Source: Camelus ferus
Lineage: Eukaryota
Length of the DNA: 64,000 bases
Assembly (NCBI RefSeq): GCF_009834535.1
Contig: NC_045697.1
Span: 77,192,001 to 77,256,000, forward strand
Direction: 5' to 3'
The translations under genes and the position numbers were made by a program. Of this stretch, positions 36,905 through 51,226 are shown piece after piece (position 1 is the stretch's first letter; every line of letters starts with the position of its first letter). The notes under the pieces are model-generated. The model had not been told where the DNA came from and did not search any database. It saw nothing but the letters and a program-made list of their open reading frames with translations.

Positions 36905-37395
36905 GGATTAGTTATGTATTGTTACATAACAGAATATGTCGAAAGTTAGTAGCTTAACGACTGTGCACGTTGCTGGTCCTGTCTCCGGGGTCTGGAATCC
37001 AGGCATGCTGCAGGGTCTCTCTCAGGCAGAAGTCACCTCAGGGCTTCCAGGCTCACCCAGTGGTTGCTGGCAGAGTTCGGTTCCTCACCAGGGATGGGCT
37101 GCAGGCTTCCCTTCTCGCTGGCTTTTGGGCAGAGCTTATCTGCAGTTCCTTGCCCCCGGGCCTCTCCAACACAGCAGCTTGCTTCATCACAGTGTGCAGG
37201 CTGAGAGGCAGCAGGGCTAGTCCAGCAGACAGAAGTCAGAGTCTTTCAAAACCTAATCATGGAAGTAACATCCCATCACTTTTGCTGTATTGCATTTGCT
37301 CGAAGCACGTCACTGGGTCCCACTAACACTCAAGAGGAAGGGATTATGCGGGGGTGGGGTGTGGAGTGCCAGGAATGGGACCTCAGAGAGCCATC
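36905..37395 (-). mobile_element. MaLR LTR (MLT1F/G-like)
   Basis: GGTTGCTGGCAGAGTTCGGTTCCTC...GGAAGTAACATCCCATCACTTTTGC. Confidence 0.7.
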
Positions 37396-37404
37396 TGTTT
37401 TTCA

Positions 37405-37675
37405 TTATTGAAATATTTATTGAGATAATTGCAGATTCACAGGCAATTGTAAGAAATAATACAGAGAGATACAGTGTACACTTTACCCATTTTCCCCAAA
37501 GGTGTTATTTTGCACAAGTAGTGTAATAGCACAGCCAGGATGTCAATATTAACAGTGATGTAATCCACCAGCCTTAGTCACATATCCCAGTTTTCCCTGT
37601 ACTCATTTGTGTGTTCAGTTCTGTACGAGTTTGTTCAGTTTGGTCTCATGTGTGGGTTTGTGCATCCGCCACCTT
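37405..37675 (-). mobile_element. Old L1 3' end
   Basis: TTTATTGAGATAATTGCAGATTCACAGGCAATTGTAAGAAATAATACAGAGAGAT. Confidence 0.75.
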
Positions 37676-40600
37676 GTGTTGAAGGATGGTGTTTGAAAAC
37701 CACATACAGCTGCCCGCCTGATGATTCATGTCCCTCCAGCGCAGAGATACGTTCACCTCCACCCAAGGCCCCAGAAGCCTCATCCCGTCACAGCATGAGC
37801 TCGAAGTCCAGAACTGTGTCATCTGGATCAGGTCCAGGCCTTTGAGAGCAGCACTTTGAGGCCAGTGCCTCTCCTTGTGCAGACCTGTGAAACTAAAGAG
37901 ACAGGTTATCTGTCCCCCGCCCCCCGCATCAGCTGCTCTGATGACACTTCGTGGGTGTGAAGCAGCAGCTGGGCTGCACCTGCTCCGCCTTCCCCTCCAT
38001 CCTCCTCGGTGTCTCAGACTCCTGGGCCAGACGTGTGTGTTTCTGTCTGTGAGGGAGGGCTCCAGCTTCTGCAGAGTATCCTTGTCACCAAGGTCAGGAG
38101 CAGCAGGAACTGACAAACTGACACAAATTGCAGTCTGTCTTCATGGGCTCCAGGTTGTGCTGTGGTTTTTAAGCTTTTCTCTCCTCTGCTTTACATCCAT
38201 CTTCCTTTCCCACCTGCCTGCCCTGTGGACTTCAGCTTCAGAATCAGACAGCCTCATAGAAACCGCTTATCCAGTTCCCACAGTTGCATGAGGCCAGATC
38301 TCGGGAACAGATCTCTCTGGTCACACACACACTCACAGAGATTCGCTTCTTCAGTTGAATCCCAACTGATAAGGCAGTCCAGAAGGCTTATCATTAGGCA
38401 GCGATGGGCAAAGCCAAGAAACAGCCAGTTCACACCATTTAACTTTGGGATTTGATGGAACAAGTACTTCCCAAACTATGGTGGGCTGTAAGCTGAGGAT
38501 TGATTGAAAATCTGATTAAGAAGCTATTAGACCCCAGGCTCTCTTTCTACTCTGTACAGCTGGGCGGGCGCCCTCTCTCCTACGTGGAAGGAACCCATCC
38601 CAGAGTTGTATTTCCTTGGGCTGGGGACATGAGGCACAGTGGAGAACAGGCCTACTCTGGAAAACAGGAGGATGGATTGAAAGTTCACTGACTGAGGTTG
38701 AGACTCCAGCCATCTTTCTTTAACCATATTGCAGAAAGCTGGCCCCCAGGATTACCTACTCCAAGCAGATTAGAAGAGCCTCTTGTGTGGATTCTGGCCG
38801 TCTGGCCAACCCGAAAGAAAAGACTTGAGGGTGCTGGCAGTGTATAAAATCCTGGGTAATATAATTTTCATAGACATGAATTTATTTGCTAGGTCTCCAT
38901 GTGTTAAAGATGTAATTTAAAGAAGATGGTTTTAGGATGCATATACTCCTCAATGAAGAAGAATCATCCTTTATCTGTGAAAAACTTTCTCCCAAGGGCA
39001 CATCTGAGAAGGGTCACTACATGTAGTGCTGAAGGAGAGGACATTCTTGCCTAGTGACACTTGTCATTCACATCATTTCCAAAGATCAGTGAATGATGAG
39101 TGTCAGCATTTGTGCACCATCATGTCCACTTAGGACAAGAAAAGGAAGTACCTCCAACGTGGTGAGCAGTAGCTTAGGAAACTGATGACCACAGAGAGGG
39201 CCTAAACCAAAGACTTAAGTTCAAAGAGAATGCGTGTAAAATGAACGTGTGTTGAGGCCATTGAGCTTCGGAGTTCTCACTCAACAAACATTGGTGAAAT
39301 GAATTAATGAATGAATGTCGTGAGACCTGCTTTTCCCCATATTATTTATATTCTCCTGTTTCTAAATTACCTTTCTAGTTAACTTACTTCCTTTCCCACT
39401 GATCAGCTTTGCTTAAATTGTAACTACCTCCTGCTAGAGAATTTTACGTGTTACTTCTTACTGCTTTATCTTAGTAGTAGGACAGACTTTTAGGTCTTGA
39501 TTATGTGTGCTGTCCTGACTCATGTCCCTTTGGCTTGTATGGATCTTGAAAGTCTTGCCAGTGGTTTTCACCTCTGGTAGACTCTATACAGAGGGGCTGT
39601 ATTGTCCATCATCTGAGCCATTTATTACTCAACAGAGAACCAACTCTGTGGACATAGCCCAGATTCAGATCTTGTCGTCTTTCCTTCCACCCAGCCCAGC
39701 TCTGTTTTGCTCTCACGTGGACCTGACACGCACCTTAAACACACGTGACTTAGTCTGTTTTGCTGACTTTTGGATTTTCTTGAGAGCGTTGCAGACTTAC
39801 GTCTTTCATTTAAAATACCAGTAAAGAAGAAAATGAAAACCTCTGATAATTTCACCACAAAGGAATAACCATACTAATATTTTGATATTTTCCTTCCAGC
39901 CTTTTCTCTGTTCACAATCATGTCTGCACATGTTTTTAAAAACACGTGCCAAGGTACAAATGTGTACAGTGTACTTTATGTGGATTTGTTCTCTCCCCAA
40001 GAAAGAACGTGTTGTAAAATTGCAAATGATACCTCACTTTTAGACAGTTTGTGATTATGAATTTCCATAATTGGAACATGGGCTTTAATTTTGTTCTTTT
40101 GCATTATAACTGCATGAATGCATATGCAGTTGACAAAAGTCTAAATATACAATTTCATATTGAAAAGTCTCCACTCTTTGCACCTCTCTTAATTTCCTTC
40201 TTTGTCCCACCCCTATTGTAATCTCTCTGCTCTGTAATATCAGTATTAGCTTCTTGAGGTACCCATCTTTGCCCAGTTTTATAAAATAACAGTGATATAT
40301 GCAAATTATAGTCCATGTTTGCCTCACCTTTTTGGCGCCAATGCTTGCAAAACTGAGCTATAGTCTGGCACAGGGGCATCCTGAGTGTTTATTCCTTAGC
40401 TCATTACTTTTACAGTGAGTGTTTTGGCAGGACAGGTGTCTGTTCTCTTTGGTTTACTGCAGAATGTTTAGCATCTCTGTCCATCATGTTTGTAACACCT
40501 GCCAGTCAAGATGGCAACCAAGAAAGGCTCCCCTTGCATTTCCACATATGCTTGAGAGGGTGGGAGGCAGCAAACCACATTTGGTTAGCTGATGCACTGG

Positions 40601-41189
40601 GATCCAAATTTGGTGTAACAGAAGTGAAAAAGTATAGTTGTGAAAGTGCTGGTTTTGAAATACAAGAAATTTGAAGACCACCTGTAAATACTTTTACACA
40701 AGTGCATTAACACTGTGTAGTTTTGGATCTAACTTCTTTCAGATTATCATTATCATGAGACTTCCCTCGTGTCATCAATGCTTTCTTGAAATCAATTTTA
40801 ATGGATGCATAATGTATTTTACAGATTCATAATTTATTTAACCCTTTTGTCGTTATTGGATAGTTGAGTTGCTTCCAGTTTTTTTTTTTTTTTTGCTGTT
40901 GTAAATAATATTGCAGTTAACCTCTTTGTAGTGATAAAATCTAATTAGATATTTATTAAGCCCACAATAAGCAATATGCAAACATTTTATTTGCCTACTT
41001 TTGACCTAGTTTTATATCTCCTATAGGTAAAGATGCTCTCAAAACTATTTGGGGAAGATCAAAATAAGAGCAATTTCCTATATTCCTTGGGAAAGACTGG
41101 GCAGTCTTGTTTTCACATGTAACTTCTTGGTATTTTATGTGTAGCAGATGTCCCCAGTCTTTGCACACATCCCCTTTGCCCACTTCTAA

Positions 41190-41653
41190 TTTCAATTGTA
41201 GCTTTTATGGGTGGTGTCTTGCAAATTCAGACTCATCTTCCACTGCCTGTGTTCACCTCAAACTCACATACACCCAGTCTTCCTGTGTTCTGCAAGTGCA
41301 GCCTGGAAGGGCAGTGGAGTTAGTGCCCCTTCCCCTCTCCGCCCACTCCCCCCCAACCCCGACCTGGGGACCACCCTCCACCATGCTAAGTAAATGCTCC
41401 AGCCTCCTGTCTTCCAAATGGACAATTCTGGGAGATATTCAGAATGCTTCTCTTGAGTACTGGTGGGATTTGTCGCCTATTGTCTACAGCAGCATCCTCA
41501 GTAATGCTTATAGATTGATTGGGTTTTCTTCCTTCCCTGTCTCACGCCTCCCATTCTCTCTCTCTCTCACTTCGTCAGATCACCTCTAAAATCAGTTACT
41601 TCACCCACATCCTTGTCTCAGGCTCTACTTTCGGAGAAACCCAAACTAAGACT
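41190..41653 (+). mobile_element. ERVL LTR16-like
   Basis: GGACAATTCTGGGAG...TCCTTGTCTCAGGCTCTACTTTCGGAGAAACCCAAACTAAGAC matches the recalled LTR16 3' end. Confidence 0.75.
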
Positions 41654-41752
41654 CATATAATAACTTTTTTTGGTTACTGTGTTTCTTATTAAATTAATAT
41701 ATTGCACTTTTACCTAATTAAATGGCAGGTGAAGAAACAGCCCAGTAATGGA

Positions 41753-41880
41753 GGGGGAGGGTACAGCTCAGTGGTAGAGCACTTGCTGAGCATGCACAAG
41801 GTCCTGGGTTCAATCCCCAGTGCCTCCATTTAAAAAATAAATAACTAAATAAAATCTAACTACATTCCCCCCCCCCAAAG
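41753..41880 (+). mobile_element. Camelid tRNA-derived SINE
   Basis: GGGGGAGGGTACAGCTCAGTGGTAGAG...GGGTTCAATCCCCAGTGCCTCCA. Confidence 0.9.
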
Positions 41881-42152
41881 TATACAGTGCTGTATGTCAA
41901 GTATATCTCAGTAAAACTGGAAGGAAAAAAATTTTTTGCAGATACTAGTAAGTATAAAATAGATGAACAACAAGTTTATGCTGTATAGCACAGGGAACTA
42001 TATTCAATATCTTGAAGTGACTTATGGTAAAAAAGAATATGGAAATGAATATATGTATGTTCACGTGTGACTGAAACATTATGCTGTACACCAGAAACTG
42101 ACACATTGTAAACTGACTACACTTTAAAATATATATGTATAAACTTAAAAAA
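41881..42152 (+). mobile_element. Stacked L1 3' end fragments
   Basis: TATAGCACAGGGAACTATATTCAATATCTTG...ACATTGTAAACTGACTAC, directly behind the SINE tail. Confidence 0.75.
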
Positions 42153-45100
42153 ACGAATTATCATTAGCAAAGATTTATAACCCCTGGGCCAAAGTAGGAA
42201 CTGTAGGAGAAATAAAATATGACCTGACTGAGGATATGGTTTTTCTAGTAAATATCATTAGTCTTTAAATAGTTGCATTACTCATAGTAATGGCCTTTTC
42301 CCATACACTCTTTCTTGCTTATGACTTAACATACAGCAAAGAAAATTGTCGACTTAATAATAAGCTTCCTAGAGGATGCACTTACTACCCTCCCCAAACT
42401 GATGTCTGCTATACCAGCCGTCCCAGTTGGTTTCAAGTCCATTACTGAATATTGAATCTTTTTCTGTGTTGTGCTGTTGCTCTTGAAATGAACAAAGCTC
42501 TTAGGTTTTCAGTGGAGTTAGTCTGTAATTGTGTTTTGGGCTCATGTCTGAGAAATTACAATGGCCGTAATCAGAGAGTGAGAGTGGTGCGGCTGCGCTC
42601 CCTGAGTGCCGAGGTGCCTTACACACCCGCTCGGCTCTAATGCTTATGCCAGCCCTGCGAGGCGGTGCCGACAGCCCCATGGTGTAGGTGAGCACCTGGA
42701 GACTTAGAGAAGGTCAGGTACCTGGTCACATAGCTGTTGAGTGACAGTGTGGATGCCGGCCCTGCCTGCCTAACTTAGCTCTGCTTTTGAATACTTCATG
42801 CTCTCTAATCAGCTCATTCTGAGGCCTTTAGGGATTGACCTGATGGCCCTGAGGACAGTGTTAGGGGCACTGCCAGTGAATTCACGGTCAACTTCCAAGC
42901 CTTCTGTTCCTTCACTGTGTGCTCACGGCCCTGCAGACGCCAGGCAGATGCCTTGATAATCTCCACCACAAGGATCAGCTTAAATTTTGGAACCCCGCAG
43001 CAGAGGTTCACAGCGACTCTTTGCGGCTCACCAACCAGAACCCCAGTAACAGGTCACGAGTGAGGCCTGTCCTCCCCTCCTACTGATTTCTTTCTTTATT
43101 GCACATTGTGGGCAGGAAACAGGTCATCACTGGACAGGACTGATCTGACGTTATTTTTCTATCCTTTTTATTCAGTTATATCACACAGAGATTTTAGTTG
43201 GTCCCGTTCACTACTATAACTTATTGTTCACGTGCTCTAAAGAGCTATTTATGAACTCCAAGTGACTTACATATGTGACAAGAGAATGAGGTAAGGCGAG
43301 AAATGTTTGTCGAGAGCCTCCCAAATGCCAGATGTTGTAATCTCACACAGGCGTAAATTAATGTTCAGTTTTTAACATAACTGAGTCTGTGCACCAGTGA
43401 TTTGATGGCAGTAATTGTATGTTTTTTTCTCTTTGTTATTGATATAAAGAGATTGCGAGAAGACTAAAAAGCAGCTAACCAAAAACCAAGCCCTCATAAG
43501 GGTGCGTGGCCTAATGAGTTTAGCTTATTTCTTGTGTTTGGTTGTAATAACGATGTTCATCAGAACATTTCTGGCCATTTTGTGCTAAATATATTTTTAG
43601 AGTTGGTTTCAAAATCTGGCCTTACTATGGAATAGCTTTCATGTGTATAGGATACCATATTTAAAATTGTTCGCTAGCCATGTTGATGAAGTAAATATTT
43701 TTACTCCAGCAAAAAGAATAAAGAGCATTTATTATATTAATAACACTTTGTCTTTATGATGCTTAATAATTTACAAACCCTCTTCCTCTGTGCCTTTAAG
43801 CACTTCCAAGTGGAAAAGGGGCAGTTTGATCCCCACTTACAGATGACGAGACTGAAGCTCAGAGGGACTAAATAATTTGCTCAAAAAGCCACAGCAAAAC
43901 TAATGCAACATTTATAACAAACTATCCTTCAATTGAAAAAAAAAAAAGAAGAAACCACAGCATCAACATCGTCTAGCTATGAGCTGTAGTAAACGTCACC
44001 AGTTTGATTGAATTTTTTTCTTTGATTTTCCATAACTATTAATAGACCGAATTGGTTGGAAAGAAAGAATGGGTTAAAGAGGAAAGATTAAGAAACTAGA
44101 GAGTGTTTTTAATTCTGAATTATACAGCTGAAGGTTCAGAGTCTTGGTGGTTCAAGAGTTTATATACTCATTCTCCATCTTTATCTCAAATACGTACATT
44201 TGAGAGAAGATAGTGATTACCCTAGTTGTTTCTAACGCACCATGCAGAAATGTTGCATGATCGATAGAATGAAGGCTGTGTAACATTTTGAAATGCTTAG
44301 AAGAAAAAGTGCGAGAATTTGGGTTGGCAGCACTGAATTATAAAGCCCTGAGAGAAATGAACATAATGTTCTATAGTAGCTGCATACAGAAGAAATAAAG
44401 CAAATTTTTATCCCCCAAGATTTTACAGAAAAACCATAATAAAACAAGGGACAGAGTACATAAAACAGCGCATTATTATTTTATACTTGTTCCTGCTTAA
44501 TGCCAAGTCACAAATTATAATGTCACTACCAGAGTTATTACTGAGCAATAATTAAATCACAATGAAATGACTTCAGTGTACTTGCATCTCTGTAGTTCAT
44601 CTGTAGAAAACATGAACATAAAACAATGTGTGGATTTTATGGCATTATTAATAAATACTTACTTTTCTCAGTTATGAAAGGAATCTATGCTTATTGTAAA
44701 CAACTTATAGGACTGGAAGTCAGGAGTCCATTCTCCATATCCTCTCTCCCTTCCCACACCCAGTGGTAACATGTTTGTTTCTTTTCAACAACAACAAAAA
44801 ATGTAATAAGGAAGAAAAAGCTAATATTTCTGAAATTTGGGATGAAATATGTAAAATAACCAAATTATTTATTAGCAAAGAGTTTTGAATGGATGGAAGC
44901 TAAAAAGTTAAAACCTGCTAGGAAAGATCTTAAAGGAACTTTAGGACTTTGAAAAGCAATTGTATGACTTCAAGGATTTTTTTTTTAATAGAAATGTCAG
45001 TATGATTTAAACTTGAGGATCATCTGAGGCATTTTTTGAAGTTATTTAATTTTGTTAAAATATGCTCTAATCACTTCAAGATTAAATCATGGCTCTGTGG

Positions 45101-47477
45101 ATGGACTCAGAGCACCCTAAACTCCATCCATCATAGACCCTACCATACAGCAGTACAACTCTGTTTACTCATCCGTCTCACAGTGTAGGGGTTATATCTT
45201 GTTTACCAGTATATTTCCACGGTCTGGTACATTACATAGCAAATATAATAAGTGCTCCATAAATGGTCTTGGGTGAAAGGGAAAGAGGATGCGGGATGAG
45301 ATGAGACTCATCAGACTGAATGGAACACAGTTTCCATTGGGTTGGAAGAATCTTGCTTTACGTTATCTGCCCTAGTTATTTCCTTCATGATCTCTACAGA
45401 ATGTACTGGTTCTCAGTGCTACAGTTTAGGAGGGATTGAGTTTTAATCTTTTTTGTTGTTCTTTCAGTTACAAATGAGTGTCCTAGATTAGGGTTCCTAC
45501 TAGCCAGTGTCCTACCTTCTGAGGCAGCGCCCCACGTGAAATGCAGATGTCCGAGACTGCGCCAGTCCGGACTTGTCAGTGCTGTGTGCTCTCAGCACTG
45601 GATTCTCCCTCCGTCACCTCCTTCCTGGCTAATTCTACAGTTCTCAGCTATCCCAAATTCCTTCTAGAAATTTCTTACAGAAAATATGCAACATTTGAAG
45701 ATTTTTCTAGCAAAGAAAATTTACAAGAAAAAATTCTTATCACAATTTTCTTTTCCTTAAAAAAGCTACTTTTTAAAAAATCAGAAATGTTTCATTTTTA
45801 CTTTCTCAGTCCTCCCACCTCTCATGCCACCATTTTGTACAATTACCTATACCCTTTCCACTACAGTCTTTCCACTATGAAAATGAAGCTACTTTTAAGA
45901 GTACAAAGGCTTTAAAGAAGAGATTTAGTAAATTTAATATTCAGAATTTTATTATTCAGAATCATGGCTCTTGTACATAAGTGGTATATCAATTGCTACA
46001 CAGATAAGTAATTATAATTCTGAATGCTCAGATTTATGAAAAGTCCTTTGAAAGCCAGGAGTTTTTGAAAATAAAAATAATAATATTAGAGGCAATGTGG
46101 CCTGGTGACTTTGAAGTCAGAGCAGCCTGAATGTGAACTTGGGCCCTGCAAGCAAGCTGTTTAACCCTTGCAGTCCCATTAGGGAAACAGGACGAAAAAC
46201 ACCTACCTCATGGGATTTACTTGAGAACTAAATCATGTGACACAAAGTACTGCTATACTGATTTTCAATAGATGGTAGCTCCTTTCTCAACAGTAACATT
46301 ACAGTTAAAGCGATATAGAATATTTGTAATATCCCATATCTTTCCTATTTAATGAGATGAATTTTATTGAAAACAACAAAATCCAACTCTGACCATCTTA
46401 ACAAGAAAGCTATTGGAAGGACATTTTAGTAGCTTCTACAAGGAATAGCTGGATGCCCGTCTTCGGGGAGGACTGGAACCAGGGCAAGTCCATGAACTTT
46501 GCAGCGGGGATTCACCTGTCTCCAGGGCAGCCCTGTACGATGCTTCAGCACCCTCGGTCACTTCCTGTGTGTTCAGGTTTCCAGATTCCTAGGAGAAGGT
46601 GATTGGCCTGGCTCGGGTCTGTAGCCCTGGTCAGCTCAAAAGGCCAGAGAGTCTGGCCATTGGGAAGTCACTCTAGACAACCCAGCTGCCCAATTTTGTC
46701 TCCTCTGTGTAACACTTGAAGTTTTTTTGAATTATTTTTTAATTTTAATTCATAGAACGTAGCCTCTTGAGGTAGGGAGCAAAAGCATGTGTGTATTTTG
46801 GTCACTCATTTACTCATTTAACAGGTTTTTTTTGAACACTTACTATGTGCCAGTCCCTGTGCCTGATTTCACAAATGAGTAAGGTTTTATATTATTTATG
46901 ACTAGCCTAGGACATGCAGTTAAAGGCAGACTGATTTTTCTGCAGTTTTACTTCAGAGACAAAATCAGAGTAACTCTGAAGTGTGATTGCCAGTAGGTGC
47001 CCGGCGTAGTCCGTCCTTCACTCCCCCCCCATCATCCCAGTCTTCCTGTGAGAACCCTACATCTCTTTTTAGGAAATGATAGTTTTATTTATTGACATCT
47101 GTGTTTTCTACATCTATGTGTAATGTTAGTTTTTGTAATTGTTTATGATTTTTCACAAGGACAGAATTTCAAAGATGATAGTAATGTAGAAATCACCTTG
47201 TCCCATTCCACCTTTTTCAGATGAATAAACCGAGGCTGGAGTGGTTAGGTGGCTTGTCAGTCACGCATTTTGTCCCAGAATCAGGACTGGTGCTTCAGCT
47301 GTTACTTATTTCAATCCGGTCTGTTTCAGAAATCTGGTCTTTCCTTCTTCACGTAAGAAAATTTTCAGGTAATCTGTGGTAAAGATATATGGAGCAGAAA
47401 TGAGAAACCTCTGAAACAGGAAGTTATAGCAGATACTAAATTTCTCTGGGAAAATGTTTATACCATACCTACCAATT

Positions 47478-47619
47478 CTTTTTTTTTTTTTTTTTTGCAG
47501 GGTGGAAGGTAATTAGGTTTATTTATTTATTTACTTTTTCAGTGGAGGTACTGGGAATTGAACCCAGGACCTCATGCATGCCAGACATGCACTCTACCAT
47601 TTGAGCTATATCTTCCCCC
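47478..47619 (-). mobile_element. Camelid tRNA-derived SINE with TSD
   Basis: Poly(T), tRNA-like head on the minus strand; flanking direct repeat CATACCTACC. Confidence 0.9.
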
Positions 47620-48899
47620 CATACCTACCTATTAACATTAAATAGTCTCCCCCCCCCCCTTTTTTTTTTAACTAGTATGAACTTTCATCATAATACCCGC
47701 TATTTTCTTTAAGAAATCATGACCATAATACATAAGTGACATTGTTATTTTTCCAAACAAATGCACGGTTACCAGCTCAGCTGTGTAGACTGACTGACGC
47801 TCTCAGGGTGGTGCCTGGGTACGTTGCCTCGGGTGTTTCCATTTTGTAAGCTCCAGTTTGAGTTTCAAAGAAACAGCTAAAGCTTAAAAAGGGCAGATGC
47901 TATTGTCTCCAGCTTTTGGAAGTTAAAGCTAGGTTTTAAGATAAAGATAAATGGGAGCTGGCAGAAGTGTTAGAAGAATTTGCTGTTAATTGTGTTTTTA
48001 AGAAGAATTCTATTTTGAGGAAGCCTGGGTAACATCTTTGCAAGATTAAACTGAGGCACATTTGCTGTGTTTTGTTATATCATGATTACATCAGGTTCCT
48101 TTTTTTCTTCTCACACAGCAGTTTTTTAAGTTTGTGGATATTTATTAAACATTAAAGGGTAAAGATGAGAAAAGGAAGAATCGTGGAGATTAACATGTGG
48201 AAAACAATACTAACATTACATATTAGAGTAATGGATAATGATTCCACTATGCACTTTTGCTAGGAAGATTAGTTTTTTTTTAAATTTCTAATAAAATTAA
48301 CATAGCTCAAGATGCACCACAGCTTTCAGTTCTAATCTTCTGACCATTATCATTGTTTCTAAATTTAGTTTTCTGAGATTTAAAAAAAATTTTCTCAAAA
48401 GATACTAAGTTTATCCCCAAGTAAATCATAATTCTTCAAGTTTTTCTATGACCAGTAGGAGATGACTAGTGCTTACTGGCACGTATCTGGGAGCATTTTG
48501 GAAGTAATGATGAAAGTTTAATGTTTTGTTGAAATATTGAGAGTAACCAACAAAGCCTAAAAGGTATTGGGGAAGAATTAAATTCATCTCAGTAATTATT
48601 TGAGGACAAGGCAATGTGTTGTGTGATTTCGGGGAATTAAAGGGTCTGGGCTTTGCCTCATCAAATGGAATCCATGAAGTACTTTAGGAAGTGAATAGCT
48701 TTTGATGGAGTTCAGGACACGCGACCCCCAAATATGACTCATTGACAACAGGACGTAAGAGTCAAGATCCCTCCCTGTTCACTTGAAGTTAGTGGGGAGA
48801 GGCCAGTGGAAGTGAACACATAACTGATTTAATTGCAGCTCGAGATAAGAACTAGGAAGAATTTGAAACAGGGAGAGGTAAGGGGCAAGGAGTCCTGCA

Positions 48900-49545
48900 G
48901 CAGAGCAGCCTGGGATGGGGTGATGGGGGGTTCCAGCTGAGGAGGCAGCACGTGAGCCAGCCCTGGATGATCGGGTCAGTGGTGCAAAGACTGGACGGAA
49001 GGGGATTCCAGGCAGAGGACCAGCAAGTGCAAAGTCCTCGAGCAAGAAGGAAATTGAAGAATTTCAGGAACAGAGAGGAGGCCACTACAGAAAGAACAGA
49101 GCAAAGGAAGGAGAAACAGAGGAAATCAGAGAGGTAGGCAGAGGCCAGACAGGGGAGGAATTGAAATTTTATCCTAAGTGCAGTGTGGGCTACTGAGCAT
49201 TCAGCGAGGGAGTAACAAGATGTGATTTATGCTCTTAGAAGATCATTTTGGCGATTGTATGGAGGATAGATTGAAGAGGGTGAGAATAGATGCCAGGAAA
49301 CCAGGTCAGAGGTACTTCGAGGAGCCATGGAGAGGTGCTGGTGGCTTGGAGAGGGTGGCAACAGTGGAAGTAGGAGGAATTTGATTGATTTGGAGTTTGC
49401 TTTTGAAAGTAGAGTGGACAGCACTTGCTGAGGGGCTGTATGTGTGAAAAGAAAGGAATGAAGAAGGGCCCCTTGGTTTTGAGTTGAGCAGCTGAGTGGA
49501 TGGTGGGAGCATTTACTGAGATGAGGAAGAGTCAGGAGGGGCTGA
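48900..49545 (-). mobile_element. L2 LINE remnant
   Basis: Purine-rich L2 antisense text: ATTCCAGGCAGAGGACCAGCAAGTGCAAAG...AGAAGATCATTTTGGC. Confidence 0.75.
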
Positions 49546-50511
49546 TGTGGGAGAAAACCCTTCTGATAAACTGGGGTTTTCTTGAGGAGAGAGGAAAGTG
49601 AGGTTTGGAGAGGTGAAGGGCCTGGGCCTGGTCCTGCAGATGGAACCAGGACTTGGATTCAGTCTGACTCTGACCTTTGCACCCTTGTCTGGCTTCATGG
49701 CTAAAATTTTATGGATCAAGTCCAGGAGGAGGGCATTCAAGGCAGAGGAAATTATGAGTGACAAAGTGGGCAGCCTTGGAGCAGCAGTTCGGGACTTACT
49801 GCTGGAGAATTATTTCTGGGTCCTTGTTAGGGAGGGTCTCAGAGAAACCTAGATCTAGTTTCCTTCTCAATCTCCCTAAGTTAAAATTTAGTCTGTCATC
49901 TTTAGAAGTTTTAAAGCTAGAGCATTTCTCCAGGCTAGACAGCTTACTCAAAATTTGATTTGAGGAACATGGCTGCTTTTTCTTTTTCTTTTTTTCTTTT
50001 ATCATACTGAAAAAGAATCCTCTACAATTTTTCTTCTGAAGCCTTATTTTTAGCTGCAAATTTGCCCTCTTTTCCCCTGAATTGTATGAACTGCCTTCCC
50101 TGGACTCTCCCATTATGTGAGCAGACTTGTTATTTCAAGAGTTACTGAGTTTCCCTGTTTCACAGAACTCAGAGCATTTAGAATTCCTTTTAATTCTTTA
50201 TGTAAGAGTTTGTTCTCTTCATCTTTTCTGTCTGGATATTCAGCCTCCAGGTAGAGATCAGTGGCAGCACAGATGAGACCAAGCGAGGGTAATTTGCCAT
50301 AGAGGTAATTTTCCTTCTTTCAGAGGAAGCAAGTTGTGTAAATAATTTCTGCTCAGTGCCCATCTTGTCTTCTGCTTAGTGTAGTATTTAACACCACACT
50401 CTACACAGTTAGGCAGTTGACTTGTGGCTTTTGATGATGAATAACATATTTCTAGTTTATGAGTATTACCCAGTCTCATGCTTTGGGAATTAGGAATTTT
50501 GTTTTTCAGCT

Positions 50512-50980
50512 TGTGAAGGAAAAGCCGGGCTGGACTAACGAGATAACTCACAAGTCTAAGAATGTGAAAGAAAAGCTGGGCTGGGCTAACAAGATAACTC
50601 ACAAATCTAAGTATCGAAATACTGATCTGAGTTCTGGACTAACTTGTAAATCTAAGTTAATTAGTGTTGGTTTGCTGTTCATGTTTTTTTTTTTTTTTTG
50701 CTAGCCAGCTGGATTTTCAAAGATACATATCTGGCTTTGAAATGTTGGTTTGCTGCCTCTCTGCCTCCACTTTTGTGATGATGATGCTGCTAAAGCTGTT
50801 CCATGCCTATTGGCTGAATACCCCAAGCTTGTACTTTACCCTATAAAACCTCATGCGCATGTCTTGGAGGTGCTCAGAGCTTCAGAGCAGAAGCCCCTCT
50901 GAGCCCGCGCGTAATACATCTGAGTACTCCAACCCTCCGAGTGGTGCTTGTTTCTTGGCTGGCCTGTCTTTTCCGTAACA
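50512..50980 (+). mobile_element. ERV solo LTR (class I/ERV1-type, 469 bp)
   Basis: TG...CA termini, 4-bp TSD AGCT (50508-50511 and 50981-50984), ATTGG at 50809, TATAAAA at 50842, AATACA at 50913. Confidence 0.85.
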
Positions 50981-51226
50981 AGCTATCACACTCCCTTTTC
51001 TGTTTTTTCCCCCCAACATTGGATAGCTGGATAGGAATGTGAAACGCCTTCATCTCACTAGAGGTCTTTTTAACTCTGAAAATGAGTTACTAATAGAATG
51101 AAGTTGAGTGCCTGTGGCTTGTTTAGTAAATATAGTGATAAATATTGAGTCTCACAACACATGCTTACATGTTTTTCTATTTAAAAAATGCAGGACTAAG
51201 TGGATGAGGAAAAAGAGGAGGTACAG

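Noticed and set aside
48701..48770. Possible 5' stub of an ERV1-type LTR (TGATGGAGTTCAGGACACGCGACCCCCAAATATG)
   Set aside because: Too short to support without a database search; no matching 3' end or TSD seen.
50512..50613. Direct repeats as a CRISPR-like array
   Set aside because: Only two abutting units without spacers, inside an LTR in mammalian DNA.
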